Positions 47,815 through 58,266 of a DNA stretch of 64,000 nt are shown one piece after another. Each line of letters begins with the position of its first letter. Position 1 is the stretch's first letter. The notes under the pieces are model-generated. The model ran no database searches and was not told the DNA's origin. It saw only the letters and a program-made list of their open reading frames with translations. Position numbers and translations under genes: made by a program. Source of the DNA: a virus (taxonomy: Duplodnaviria; Caudoviricetes); IMG/VR virus record IMGVR_UViG_3300047539_000078, positions 32,001-96,000 of that record, one strand, 5' to 3'.

Positions 47815-49990
47815 ATGCCAGTTCTCACACCAGCACAGATAAACATCTATTCGGTGACAAGCACGAACAGCCCGTGGGGCACCGCCCCGGTCGGCAACCC
47901 GTCCGTGCTGGATGTCAACGCCTGCCTGTTTGCGGGGAATATTCCGCTCTCGACGACCATCGTCGGATCACCAGCCGCAGAGGGCTTGAACGTCTACGTT
48001 CTGAATCCGCTCTCCGTAGCATTCCCATCAAACCTGCCCGTCACGCAGGACACTTCCCCGTGGGTGGTGAGCGGCACGGTCGCATTCAGCAACACAAGCA
48101 TCCAGGTATCCAACTTCCCCGCGACGCAGGCTGTGACCCAATCCGGTGTGTGGAACATCACAAGCATCGCCAATCCGGTAGCGGTCACGGGCACATTCTG
48201 GCAGGCCACCCAGCCGGTGAGCGGATCGGTTTCCGTCTCAAACTTCCCAGCCGCCGTACCCTTCACCTTCACGAATTACGGCTCCCCCGCCGTCGAGGCT
48301 GCGAACGTATACGTGGTGAATCCCCTCTCCGTGACCTTCACGGAATCGACCATAGGCGTGACGCAGAACACATCGCCTTGGGTAGTGAGCGGCACCGTCT
48401 CAGTTTCCAACTTCCCGGCATCCCAGGCAGTCACGGGAACCTTCTGGCAAGCCGTCCAGCCGGTGAGCTTCACGACGCCATTCAGCATTGACTTGAACGA
48501 CGGTTTCGGCAATGCCATCAATTCCTCATCCTACGGTTCCCCGGCAGTCAATGCCCTGGACGTATACGTGGTCAACTCCACGTCGAGCAGCGTGACGCAG
48601 GGGACTTCCCCGTGGATCACCGCCGACGAGCACATCACCAAGAATTTGAACCAGGATTCCGGCGGAAATGTGGGCGTGAACATCGAGAACACCGTCCCCG
48701 TCAGCAATGCTGCGTTGTCGGAGATGATGTTCACGTCTTACGGAAGCCCGCCATGCACCGCATTGAGCGTCTACGTCGTCAACCCGCTCACCGTCACATT
48801 CACGGAATCGACCATAGGCGTAACGCAATCAACAAGTCCTTGGGTGGTTAGCGGGTCCGTTTCCGTCTCGAACTTCCCGGCGACTCAGCCGGTGAGCAAC
48901 GCAACCCTTTCCGAGATGTCCTTCACCAACTATGGCGGCAGCAGCCCCGCCGTGGAAGGGCTCAACGTATACGTTTTGAACCCGGTTTCGACCACCGCCG
49001 CAACGACTTCGGCCACCGTCCGCCGCGTGGACGAGCGCGACATCGGTCAACACCGCGCTTCAAGTCAATACCGCCGGGTATTCGACCGTCGTCTTCACGT
49101 TAAATCAGGGCTCGACCATCACGGGCGGTATCGTCACGTTCGAGGCGTCCGACACGACCGCGTTCACGAATGCCTATCCGATAGTAGCGCAACCGGCGAA
49201 CACCACTGGGAGTGCGCCCGTTACCACCTACACCTTTATTGCGAGCACGAACGCATCCTACACCGTCAACTGCGCGGGTCGCGCCGCCGTCCGCGTCCGA
49301 TTGAGCACCGGCATACTCGGCACCGGTACGGTGAACGTGGGCGCGACAGCAAGCGCTGGTTCAACGTTCCCTCTCAATGTGGGCGTCACCACCACCGTGA
49401 ATTGCAACCTGGTGAACCTGCACACCACCAACGCCGCCGCCGCCGCAGCGACCAGCCTGCTCGGAGTCATGCCCGCCGTGGCGAACGCCGTCGCCCCGGC
49501 ATACACGGAAACATACAACGTCCTGCTGTCCACGGACCTGAGCGGCAACCTGCGGACGATAGACGGACGGGAGACGTTCACGAACTACGGAAGCCCTCCG
49601 GTCGAGGCGCTGAACACGTACGTGGTCAACCCGCTCACCGTGACTTTCACGGAATCGACCCTCGCCGTAACCAACGCGGGAACATTCCCCGTGCAGGCGC
49701 AGGATGTATCACCCGCCAACGCGAGTACGTCTCAGGTTTCCATTACTTCGACTGCTACCGCAATCGTCGTCGCGAGAGCCACGAGAAATTCCGTGAAGAT
49801 CACCAACATGGGCACGACGCCTATCTATCTCGGATTCACGAGCGGCGTCACGGTATCGACGGGAGACTTCCTCCCGGGCATCTTGGGGGCGTTCGTCGTC
49901 TACCCTACGCAGACGGGCGTGTGGGGCATCGTAGCCACGGGTTCATCCCCGCCTTCGGAAGTCGTCGCCGTAGCGGACGTTTGGAACTGA
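47815..49990 (+). CDS. Repetitive fibre-like protein (frameshift near 49015)
   Basis: Repeats VSNFPATQ, TQ.TSPWVVSG, YGSP..EALNVYVVNP; C-terminal RNSVKITN.G..IYLGF domain. Confidence 0.7.
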
Positions 49991-49991
49991 T

Positions 49992-51485
49992 ATGATAAAC
50001 GCAGGGTATCCCGCAGCGGCGGGCGGCGGATCATCGTTCTCCATCACGGGCGGGGCACCCGTAGCCAACGAATGGGTGGTTTCCATCACGGCGGCAGGCG
50101 TAGTGTCCCTGTCCCAGCCTGCGGCAGCCAACCTATCCGACGGAACCACTGGAACGGGCGCAATCGTCCTCGCAGACTCGCCGACCTTCACGTCGGGAAT
50201 CACCGCTAACGGATTCCTCACCTCCGTCATAAGTGGGCAGGGGATGATCACATTCTATCCGAACGGCGGCGGCAACTTCATTGAGTCCACGACCTCGGAC
50301 GGTAGCTCAAGCCAGTCCCTAACAATCTCTGGGCCGCTCGAAAGCAATATGACGGACTTGTTTTTGTATGCTACTACCATCTTTGTCCCCACAGGCTCAA
50401 TCTCCGTGGGTGGTATCGGCATTGCTTGCAACGCATTGTACGCACTCACGATAAACCCGAACGGCTCCTTGACAATTACGGGCAATCCCGCCTTCACGGG
50501 AACGCCGACATTCTCTAACCCAGTGGCGTTGGGAAGCTCCACGGCAACGACACAGAGCCCCGGAACGGACAATACCACAATTGCGACGACACAGTTCGTG
50601 ACGACGGCAGTTGCCGGAGGCGGAGGAGGCGGAGCCTTCTCGGCAATCACGACGGGAATCAATACCTCCGCCACGATGACGGTTGGACCCGGCTCTACAC
50701 TCACATTCAGCGGGGCTGGCTCGCCTCCGTACGAAGGGGAAATCAACGCCAACTTCCTGTACGGGGTCCAAATCGAACCGTATGCCCCTACCGTCGGGCA
50801 GGTGCTGACCGCCATCAGCACGACGGCGGCGCAATGGCAATCGCTGCCAGCAAGCTCGGTAATATCGGTATTCGGTCGCACGGGTGCGGTCATCGCGGTC
50901 AGCGGGGACTACACCGTGGCGCAGGTTACGGGAGCCGCAGCGCTCGCTGGTCCGACATTCACGGGAACGGTGACGATACCGACGCTTTCTGTGACGACCG
51001 TCACGGGCAACCCGTCCTTCACCGGGACGCCGACATTCAGCAACGCCTTAGCTTTGGGAAGCTCCACGGCTACGACCCAGAGCCCGGGAACGAGCAACAC
51101 CACAATCGCGACGACACAGTTCGTCAATGCAGCCGTGGCCGCCGGTGGAGGTGGCGGAGGTGGCGGCTCCTGCAACGTTATTAGCGGCACGGGGATAGTG
51201 GTGTCTTCGGCGCTGGCGGGAAGCCCCGCCGTGGAAACATTCACGGTGAGTTTGGCTGTGGCAGCCATCCACAAGTACGCCGCGTCGATCGGCAACGGTT
51301 CAGACACGTCGTTCTTGGTCACGCATTCTCTTTCGACTACTGATGTCGTAGTGATGGCGTACAGCCTCAACCCGCCGAACGCCGTGGTGGATGTTGAGAT
51401 TGAAATCACCGATTCAAACGACGTGACGCTGAACTTCGCCACGGCTCCAACGGCGAACAGCGTCCGGGTCATCGTCATAGGATAA
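49992..51485 (+). CDS. Tail-fibre-like protein
   Basis: Duplicated PAFTGTPTF...TQSPGT.NTTIATTQFV repeat, VISVFGRTGAV.A.SGDY, C-terminal IGNGSDTSF.VTHSL domain. Confidence 0.75.
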   Translation: MINAGYPAAAGGGSSFSITGGAPVANEWVVSITAAGVVSLSQPAAANLSDGTTGTGAIVLADSPTFTSGITANGFLTSVISGQGMITFYPNGGGNFIESTTSDGSSSQSLTISGPLESNMTDLFLYATTIFVPTGSISVGGIGIACNALYALTINPNGSLTITGNPAFTGTPTFSNPVALGSSTATTQSPGTDNTTIATTQFVTTAVAGGGGGGAFSAITTGINTSATMTVGPGSTLTFSGAGSPPYEGEINANFLYGVQIEPYAPTVGQVLTAISTTAAQWQSLPASSVISVFGRTGAVIAVSGDYTVAQVTGAAALAGPTFTGTVTIPTLSVTTVTGNPSFTGTPTFSNALALGSSTATTQSPGTSNTTIATTQFVNAAVAAGGGGGGGGSCNVISGTGIVVSSALAGSPAVETFTVSLAVAAIHKYAASIGNGSDTSFLVTHSLSTTDVVVMAYSLNPPNAVVDVEIEITDSNDVTLNFATAPTANSVRVIVIG

Positions 51486-51494
51486 GGAGATATT

Positions 51495-53447
51495 ATGGGT
51501 CAGTTAGCTTCAGACAACTTCACACGTGCAAACGAGAACCCGCTGAGCGACGGCGGCAACTGGACAACCTTGCCCGGTTCCAACGCCTTGGAAATCTCAT
51601 CGGATTTGTGCCAATCCGCGACGGCGGGAGGCATGGGCATCGGCTCTGCGGCGTATTGGAACGCCATCACTCCGCCGACGGACCAGTATTCATCCATCAC
51701 CGTGGCGACCATTTCCAACCTGAACGGCAACGGGACGGATGCGGCTGCAGTAGTCCGTGCGCAATCAGGAAGCAGTTCAATCTACTATGAAGGCGGCGTG
51801 GGTGCGCAGCAGTCCGGCACGACCGGTCTCGGCAACTCGTGCTACCTCTGGATCGGCAAAGTCGACGTATCAAGTGAAACGGAACTTGCACAGGCAGTCG
51901 CAGTGGCAAACATCGGCGATGTGTTCAACCTCACGGTGCACGGACCTACCCTCCTGCTTCGCCAGAACGGCGCGGTCGTTTTGATCGGGGCGGACTCTTC
52001 CCTCGTGAACGGATGGTTTGGCTTGCATTCCAAGTGCGATGCATCCATCACCACATCGCAGATGTCCGCGTGGAGCGCCGGAACACCGGTACTGAACCTC
52101 GCCCCGTTTGCGGATACGTTCGTCCGTGCCAACGGGGCATTGGGTGCCAACTGGCTGAACATCAACGTGGAAGGAACTCTGAGCATCTCAAGCGATGCGG
52201 TATACAACCCCGGAGGCGGCTACGGTGTGGAAGCATCCATCGGAGCCGACTATCTTCCCGACCAGTACGCCCAGACGACGTTGGTAGCCAACCAGGCTGG
52301 AAGCTACGCCGGTGTGGCGGTAAGAATTTCCGGTAATGGAACCGCCGCCCAGTACTCTATCCCGACCGCGAACGCCTCCTACTACACGTGGGTGATCGGC
52401 AACTCCAGCTCATACGTGCTCCAGAAGATCACCTCCGCCACGTCCGGCTCGCAAACATCCACGAACCTTTGGACCGGAAGCGGCACGGTGAGCAACGGCG
52501 ACACCGTCCGTCTTGAAATCCAGGGCAACACGCTGACATGCTATCGCAACGGTGTGGTCGTCACCACGTACACGGATGTATCCTCCCCGCTGGTGGGCGG
52601 ACATCCGGGAATCGTCGTCTACAACGGCGGAACCAGCCCCACCGTGAACGCATTCCTTTCCGGGTCGTTCCGATCAATACCCATCCTGTCTTCCGCGACG
52701 GTGCAGTCCGGGGCTACACTGTCCACCGCTGGCACGGGCGTCATCAACGCGAACCAGTTCGGCGGCATTTCCAGCATGGGCTCCGTGCCCACACACGAGG
52801 GGCAGCTTTTGATTTCCCAGCCGGGAAACTTGACGGCGGCATGGGCTGACCCGCAAGTACAGGGTTTGTATGCGGTGGGGTCGTTTCTCAATTCGCCGCC
52901 ATCATACGTAGCCCCCACCACGATCCAGCCCGTTCTCATTGGCGGTTCCGATTACGCCGGGTCTCCCGCCCTTTGGAATCTCAAGGTTGATTCGGGCGGT
53001 AAAATCTATGTCGGAAATTTTCCGTCATTCACATTCACCTACGGCGGAAGCCCACCCACAGAAGGTCTGAATGTCTACGTGCTGAACACCACCTCCACCG
53101 AGGTTCCCGCCGCATCAGGCGGTGCCACGCCGAAGGGCTATCACATCGTGAACAACACCGTGCAGGCTATCAAGTCCACGTTCGGGCAGATATACGGCTA
53201 CTACCTTGACAACACGGCCAACGCCGCCACGACTTATTTCCAGTTCTTCAACATTGTGGCTGGCTCGGTTTCGCTGGGATCATCGGCAGCCCTGTTCACC
53301 ATTCCCGTTCCTGCGGGCTCGGCTGCGAACTTGAGCATCAGCCCCGGCTGGGCATTCACCACGGCGATATCGTTCGCCGCCACGACCACCTACAACGGCA
53401 GCACCTTCGCCGCCAATGCCGTTGACTGCACGATAGCGTTCAACTAA
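51495..53447 (+). CDS. Fibre / receptor-binding-like protein with two lectin-like beta domains
   Basis: AAGGAG RBS; two D.F.RAN..L..NW domains; C-terminal IKSTFGQIYGYY..N domain. Confidence 0.7.
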   Translation: MGQLASDNFTRANENPLSDGGNWTTLPGSNALEISSDLCQSATAGGMGIGSAAYWNAITPPTDQYSSITVATISNLNGNGTDAAAVVRAQSGSSSIYYEGGVGAQQSGTTGLGNSCYLWIGKVDVSSETELAQAVAVANIGDVFNLTVHGPTLLLRQNGAVVLIGADSSLVNGWFGLHSKCDASITTSQMSAWSAGTPVLNLAPFADTFVRANGALGANWLNINVEGTLSISSDAVYNPGGGYGVEASIGADYLPDQYAQTTLVANQAGSYAGVAVRISGNGTAAQYSIPTANASYYTWVIGNSSSYVLQKITSATSGSQTSTNLWTGSGTVSNGDTVRLEIQGNTLTCYRNGVVVTTYTDVSSPLVGGHPGIVVYNGGTSPTVNAFLSGSFRSIPILSSATVQSGATLSTAGTGVINANQFGGISSMGSVPTHEGQLLISQPGNLTAAWADPQVQGLYAVGSFLNSPPSYVAPTTIQPVLIGGSDYAGSPALWNLKVDSGGKIYVGNFPSFTFTYGGSPPTEGLNVYVLNTTSTEVPAASGGATPKGYHIVNNTVQAIKSTFGQIYGYYLDNTANAATTYFQFFNIVAGSVSLGSSAALFTIPVPAGSAANLSISPGWAFTTAISFAATTTYNGSTFAANAVDCTIAFN

Positions 53448-53448
53448 C

Positions 53449-54878
53449 ATGCCGACCCTAACCTATGTAGGCGGTACATCCGTCCAGCTTTCTGGCAGCG
53501 GCGGACCTCCTTATATCACCAACATCACCTATAGCCCCACGCCAGGAAACCTCGTCGTCGTGGATGTCTACAACTTTGATTATGGCGACGGCGTCACGAT
53601 TGACATTGGGGATAATGGCAGTGGTCAGTGGGGGACGGCGTTCTGCATCATTGACGGCGTGATTTCCGGAGACACTGGATCATTCACGAATGCGGGCACG
53701 GTCTATACGTTCTACCAACTCGCCGCAGCCTCAGACATCACAACGATTACGCTAACGGTCAATGGAAACGTGACCGGAGCCGCGATCATCTCCGAATACA
53801 ACACTACCAGCGGCTACTGGAACTTTGATCTTGCTTCTCGTACTACGCTGGCCGGGGGCGGTCTCACAACCATCGCCAATGCCATCGCAACATTCGCTAC
53901 CAACCTGGTCGTATTCACGGTTTCGTCTGGCAGACTACCAGCGATGCCTACACCTTCACTGGTGGAGACGCGGCTCGACAATCACCACTAACCAGCCACT
54001 GACGGGCGGTGCGTGCGTTCCTGACCACCACGGTAGCAAGCGGTCACCATGATCGAAACATCCGCCGCCTCTTACTCCCCTGAGGCAATCGACAGTGTCG
54101 TCAAGCTGTACGACCTTGGGATCTATTCTCGTTTCACGTTCTCCGTGACATCCAATGCTCCTGTAAACCCCCTCACCCTGATACCGAACACGAACCTTGT
54201 AGGCTGGTACCGTGCTGACTTGGGGGCGAACAACGATGGTGAAAACGGGGTTCGTGTCTTAGTGGACTGGTCGGGGACAGGGGAACCTGGCAACCATACC
54301 GGGGGTAATGAAATCGGCCTCAGAGCAACGCTATCAACGGGCTTCCGGCTTTATACTTGAGTATGTCGACCTTTGGTTCAACAACCCGTTTCCGCTGACA
54401 TCGAATTGCAGCGTGTTCATCGTGTTCCAGTTGTCCAATACATCAAGTGCGCACTCGTTCTTCGCCGGTGAGGGCGGCAGCTTGAACTACTGGTTCTGCA
54501 AGGACAGCGGCCCCCGCTTCAGGGAGCCGACAGCACTATGAGGTGCGGATTTGGGTGCGGGCACCGCATTGGCAGACACACTCTGGCACCAGACGAACAT
54601 GACGTATGACGGAATAAATTTATTTCCGTAAAGACCAGGCTGCCGATGGAAACCACTCCCCAGGATACGGTCTTTCGAGTCCCGTACTACAGATGGGCGG
54701 CAACTACGGCGGCGGCGAAGAGACTGAGAACTTCGAGGGTTATGTTGCCGAAGTCATCGTCTACAACGCCGTGCTTTCGAGCACGAACATCGGTCTCGTC
54801 GAGACATACCTGCAACGGAAATACTTCCCTGCGCCGATCACGATCCGTCTCTTAGGTTTACTTGGGGTAGGAATGTAG
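53449..54878 (+). CDS. Structural protein with a LamG/concanavalin-like C-terminus (multiple frameshifts)
   Basis: GWYRADLG...VFIVFQ...FEGYVAEVIVYNAVLS...ETYLQRKY spread over several frames. Confidence 0.6.
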
Positions 54879-54889
54879 TATTATGGGGT

Positions 54890-55199
54890 ATGCCCGACAC
54901 CCCATTGATGGCCACGCTTCTGATCATCGCCCGCGCCGTCGATGCGGAGTCCAAGAAGCATCCCGCCGCGCGGTACCTGCTATTTCATGGCCTGCCAGAA
55001 CGCCATTCTGGACATTCATCCGCCAGCCGCCGTGTGGATGTGGCAGGTCGTGAAGTGGCAGTCCCGCATCGAGCAGCACATCCAGGATTGCACCGCCTGC
55101 TGCCTCGGTCTTAATCCGCTTGACTGTCCCACGGCGATTCTGCTACAATCAATGTTGGTAAAGCATGAGAAGCGTTTGCTGGAGTCCGAGACTTGTTAG
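54890..55199 (+). CDS. Cys/His-rich hypothetical protein (frameshift)
   Basis: TAGTATTAT 5 nt before ATG. Confidence 0.45.
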
Positions 55200-55474
55200 A
55201 ACAATACGTTTACCCAGTCACAATCGTCCTTGACCGGTATCAAGGCGTCTATTCTGGGGCACCGTGGACGGCTTGGAACGAGTACGCCGATGGCGTTCCA
55301 GACGCCATCGATGCGGATGATTGCTCTTGCGCGGAGTTTTGGGCGCGGGATGAGCACGGGCCGGTGGGACGCGGACTAACCCCGGACAGTGCGCTAGCAG
55401 ATTTGTATTGGCAACTGAATGAATTGAAGGACGATCAAGATGGAACCCCTTTACGAGATAATCCAAGCCGGTAG
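55193..55474 (+). CDS. Hypothetical phage protein
   Basis: YP.TIV.DRY.G.YSG..W.AWN...VGRG.TP..AL.DL pattern. Confidence 0.65.
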   Translation: MLEQYVYPVTIVLDRYQGVYSGAPWTAWNEYADGVPDAIDADDCSCAEFWARDEHGPVGRGLTPDSALADLYWQLNELKDDQDGTPLRDNPSR

Positions 55475-56711
55475 CGGACGCCATATCAAGGCGTGGAAGA
55501 AGGGCGTGAACTTTGAGCAGGAAGCCATCCAACAGCTCATTGCCGCCGCCCAGCTTTCAGTCGTTCACCCGTATGTCGCCGCAATGCCGGATTGCCACAA
55601 AGGCTACGGCAGTACAGTCGGTTCCGTCATCCCGACGAAGGACGCTATAATTCCAGCCGCGATAGGCGTTGACATCGGATGTGGGATGTGCTATGTCCAG
55701 ACTGATTTCGACCGCGACGACCTGCCGTCGGACCTCTCCGAAATGCGCCCCGCGCTGGAAAAGGCGATCCCCAACGGGGGACCAGGCGAGCTGGGTGCAT
55801 GGCCCGTCAACGTCCCTTCGCATATCCACACGGCATGGATGGATGACTTCGATTCGGAGTACGACGCCATCGGGAGCAAGTATCCCGACGTTATTTCCCC
55901 GTTCGCCCAGCGCCAGCTCGGCACCTTGGGGACTGGCAACCACTTCGTGGAACTCACGATTGAAAGCATCGGAAACAAGGTCGGGGTCTTGATCCACTCC
56001 GGCTCGCGGGGACTGGGCAACAAGATCGGCACCTACTTCACCGCGTTCGCTCGCCACTATTGCGAGGCGAACCACATAGGCTTGCCCGACCGCGACCTGG
56101 CGTACCTGCCACGGGGCGTAGAAGGTTTTGATGACTATCTGGCCGCCGTACGCTTTGCGCAGCGGTACGCAATGGCGAGCCGCACGATCATGGCGCGAGC
56201 GGCCTGCAATGTCCTCATGACTTTCACCGGGTACCGCAGTATCGTGTCTTCGATCCCCACGGTGCATTGCCACCACAACTACATGGTGGAAGAGGTCCAC
56301 AACGGGGAGAAGCTATTCATCACCCGCAAGGGTGCCGTCCGTGCGCAGGCGGGAGATTTGGGGATCATCCCGGGTTCCATGGGAGTCAAGACCTTCATCG
56401 TCGAGGGGTTGGGTTCCGAGGACAGCTTCACATCGTGCAGCCACGGCGCGGGCCGCACCATGTCCCGCACGGCTGCCAAGAAGGCTTTCACCGTCGAAGA
56501 CCATGTTTTGGCAACTGAAGGTGTGGAGTGCGACAAGACCGAGGACACCCTTGATGAAACGCCGGGAGCCTACAAGAACATCGACGACGTGATGGCGGCG
56601 CAGAGTGACCTCGTGCGCCCGCTTTACACCCTAAAGCAGTTCCTATGCGTCAAGGGGAAGAGCGAGGGGAAGCGCTGGGAGAAGAAAAAGAAGAAGGTGG
56701 CCGAGGCATGA
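55440..56711 (+). CDS. rtcB: RtcB RNA ligase
   Basis: MPDCH, GVDIGCG, LGTLGTGNHF, HSGSRG, HHN, RKGA, IPGSMG, SHGAGR, DETPGAYK. Confidence 0.95.
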   Translation: MEPLYEIIQAGSGRHIKAWKKGVNFEQEAIQQLIAAAQLSVVHPYVAAMPDCHKGYGSTVGSVIPTKDAIIPAAIGVDIGCGMCYVQTDFDRDDLPSDLSEMRPALEKAIPNGGPGELGAWPVNVPSHIHTAWMDDFDSEYDAIGSKYPDVISPFAQRQLGTLGTGNHFVELTIESIGNKVGVLIHSGSRGLGNKIGTYFTAFARHYCEANHIGLPDRDLAYLPRGVEGFDDYLAAVRFAQRYAMASRTIMARAACNVLMTFTGYRSIVSSIPTVHCHHNYMVEEVHNGEKLFITRKGAVRAQAGDLGIIPGSMGVKTFIVEGLGSEDSFTSCSHGAGRTMSRTAAKKAFTVEDHVLATEGVECDKTEDTLDETPGAYKNIDDVMAAQSDLVRPLYTLKQFLCVKGKSEGKRWEKKKKKVAEA

Positions 56712-56971
56712 CGCCCGAAGAACTCAACCAGATAGGTATAGCTATATTCGGAGCCATAAAATGCTCATTCCCGGAGCATATGGTGCCGCTGCAGCAGGTC
56801 TTCAACGTCCTGAATACGCACTGCGGCGATGCGAGAATAAGCATTAAGAAGTGCAACGAGATGGGTTATATACAATACGAGTTTTACCGGGCGCTTGACG
56901 AGTCGTTAGTTGATGAAAACCCGGCGCTAGATGAAAAACCCGCTTTAGAGGAGAAGACCGGATATGGATAA
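56708..56971 (+). CDS. Hypothetical protein
   Basis: ATGA coupling to rtcB. Confidence 0.55.
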   Translation: MTPEELNQIGIAIFGAIKCSFPEHMVPLQQVFNVLNTHCGDARISIKKCNEMGYIQYEFYRALDESLVDENPALDEKPALEEKTGYG

Positions 56972-57260
56972 GATGGACATACTTTTGCATTTCTACGCCG
57001 ATTTCTTCATCGAGAAGGGCATCATCCCCAAGAAGGGCGGCGTCGCCAACGAGCACATCGCCTGGATGATCAACGAGTGCATCAGCATGCTCTCCAACCC
57101 CGGCGACACCGAGTACAACTCCATGTACATGAAGATCAACCGCTGGGTCGGATTTGTGCAGGGGGTCCTTTGGAAAGAGGGACTCTTCACCATCGACCAG
57201 ATGCGCGAGCATGTCGCCCTTGCGCATGCCGTCGAAACGGGGATGCGACAGTCCGTATGA
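56964..57260 (+). CDS. Hypothetical phage protein
   Basis: K.NRW.GF.QG.L...G..TID..R motif. Confidence 0.7.
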   Translation: MDKMDILLHFYADFFIEKGIIPKKGGVANEHIAWMINECISMLSNPGDTEYNSMYMKINRWVGFVQGVLWKEGLFTIDQMREHVALAHAVETGMRQSV

Positions 57261-57661
57261 ACCCCCTGTTCGATTACGAATACGTCTGCTTCATGTTCTC
57301 CGGCCTGCGGGGTTGGGTGCCGCTCACGGCCCAGCATGAAATCACGCCGGAGAATCCGGTCACGTTCGTCCATGACGATTCCCGTCAAACCGCGATTTTC
57401 CGTGTGGATCATGTCGGCAACTTCTGGATGGACATCCATGATGAACAAGGCAACAGCTACAGCAAGATCGTGGAGTGCTCGCAGGAATACATGGAGAGCG
57501 AGTTCGGAAGCAAAATGCAAATCATCGAGATAACGCCGCCATTGCCTGAAGAGGCTGAAGTCTCCGACGCTACGGGGCCATTCACGCGGATCAGCAAGAC
57601 CAAATGGGCGAGGGGCAATCATGTCACAACAGGCGTTGGACGGCGTAATCCAAAAAATTGA
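57257..57661 (+). CDS. Hypothetical protein
   Basis: ATGA coupling. Confidence 0.55.
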   Translation: MNPLFDYEYVCFMFSGLRGWVPLTAQHEITPENPVTFVHDDSRQTAIFRVDHVGNFWMDIHDEQGNSYSKIVECSQEYMESEFGSKMQIIEITPPLPEEAEVSDATGPFTRISKTKWARGNHVTTGVGRRNPKN

Positions 57662-58266
57662 CATAATCTGGGAGAATGTCGCAAAAATAGTCGTAGACCG
57701 CGATGAAAAAGAGCGTAGATTGCGGCAAATAAAGGACTTGGCTCTATAATGTGGTGAATAATCCGCGGGATAGGGACGCCGTGGGCCTTGCAAAGCAAAT
57801 CCTGAGCCTCATACCCTAGCGTTTCATCCCCAAGCGCTTCTTGAGCCGTTTCTGCGCAATCATCGGGGGTTTTAATGTCACTGCTGGCATCCTTCCGATC
57901 TTGGCCACGCAGGGCAATCGCGTTCTGATCCGTCTGTGCGGTATCCGCCCGCAAGTGTATGGCTTGATTGCGCGAATCATGGCGATCCTCGCCGCGCATA
58001 GCAACTTCCTTTTGATCCTCATGCACCGTGCGCCATGTGGCAAATCCTTGGATGGCGATCATCGCCCCGGCGTATTCCTTGGTGAGTATTCCGTGTTTGG
58101 CGAGCCAGAATGCGGATGTTGCGAAGAACCCCGCAAGGACGAAGTTCCGCCCACCGGCCCATCCCCAAAATCGTACAGAGAGAATGATCGTCAGTTTGTT
58201 CCACATCGCTTTAAGCATATTAGTCAGATACTCCCTCGGATTCCAAGGACTCCGCATCGTCCTCAT
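57619..58266 (-). CDS. Membrane protein, possibly holin-like; 3' end uncertain
   Basis: Two hydrophobic segments after GGRNF; downstream of the polyvalent gene. Confidence 0.4.
   Translation of the reverse strand: MRTMRSPWNPREYLTNMLKAMWNKLTIILSVRFWGWAGGRNFVLAGFFATSAFWLAKHGILTKEYAGAMIAIQGFATWRTVHEDQKEVAMRGEDRHDSRNQAIHLRADTAQTDQNAIALRGQDRKDASSDIKTPDDCAETAQEALGDETLGYEAQDLLCKAHGVPIPRIIHHIIEPSPLFAAIYALFHRGLRLFLRHSPRLCQFFGLRRPTPVVT

Noticed and set aside
47900-49700. CRISPR array or diversity-generating retroelement repeats
   Set aside because: Repeats are in-frame peptide repeats varying at synonymous positions; no constant repeat-spacer period, no adenine-specific variation, no RT or cas gene
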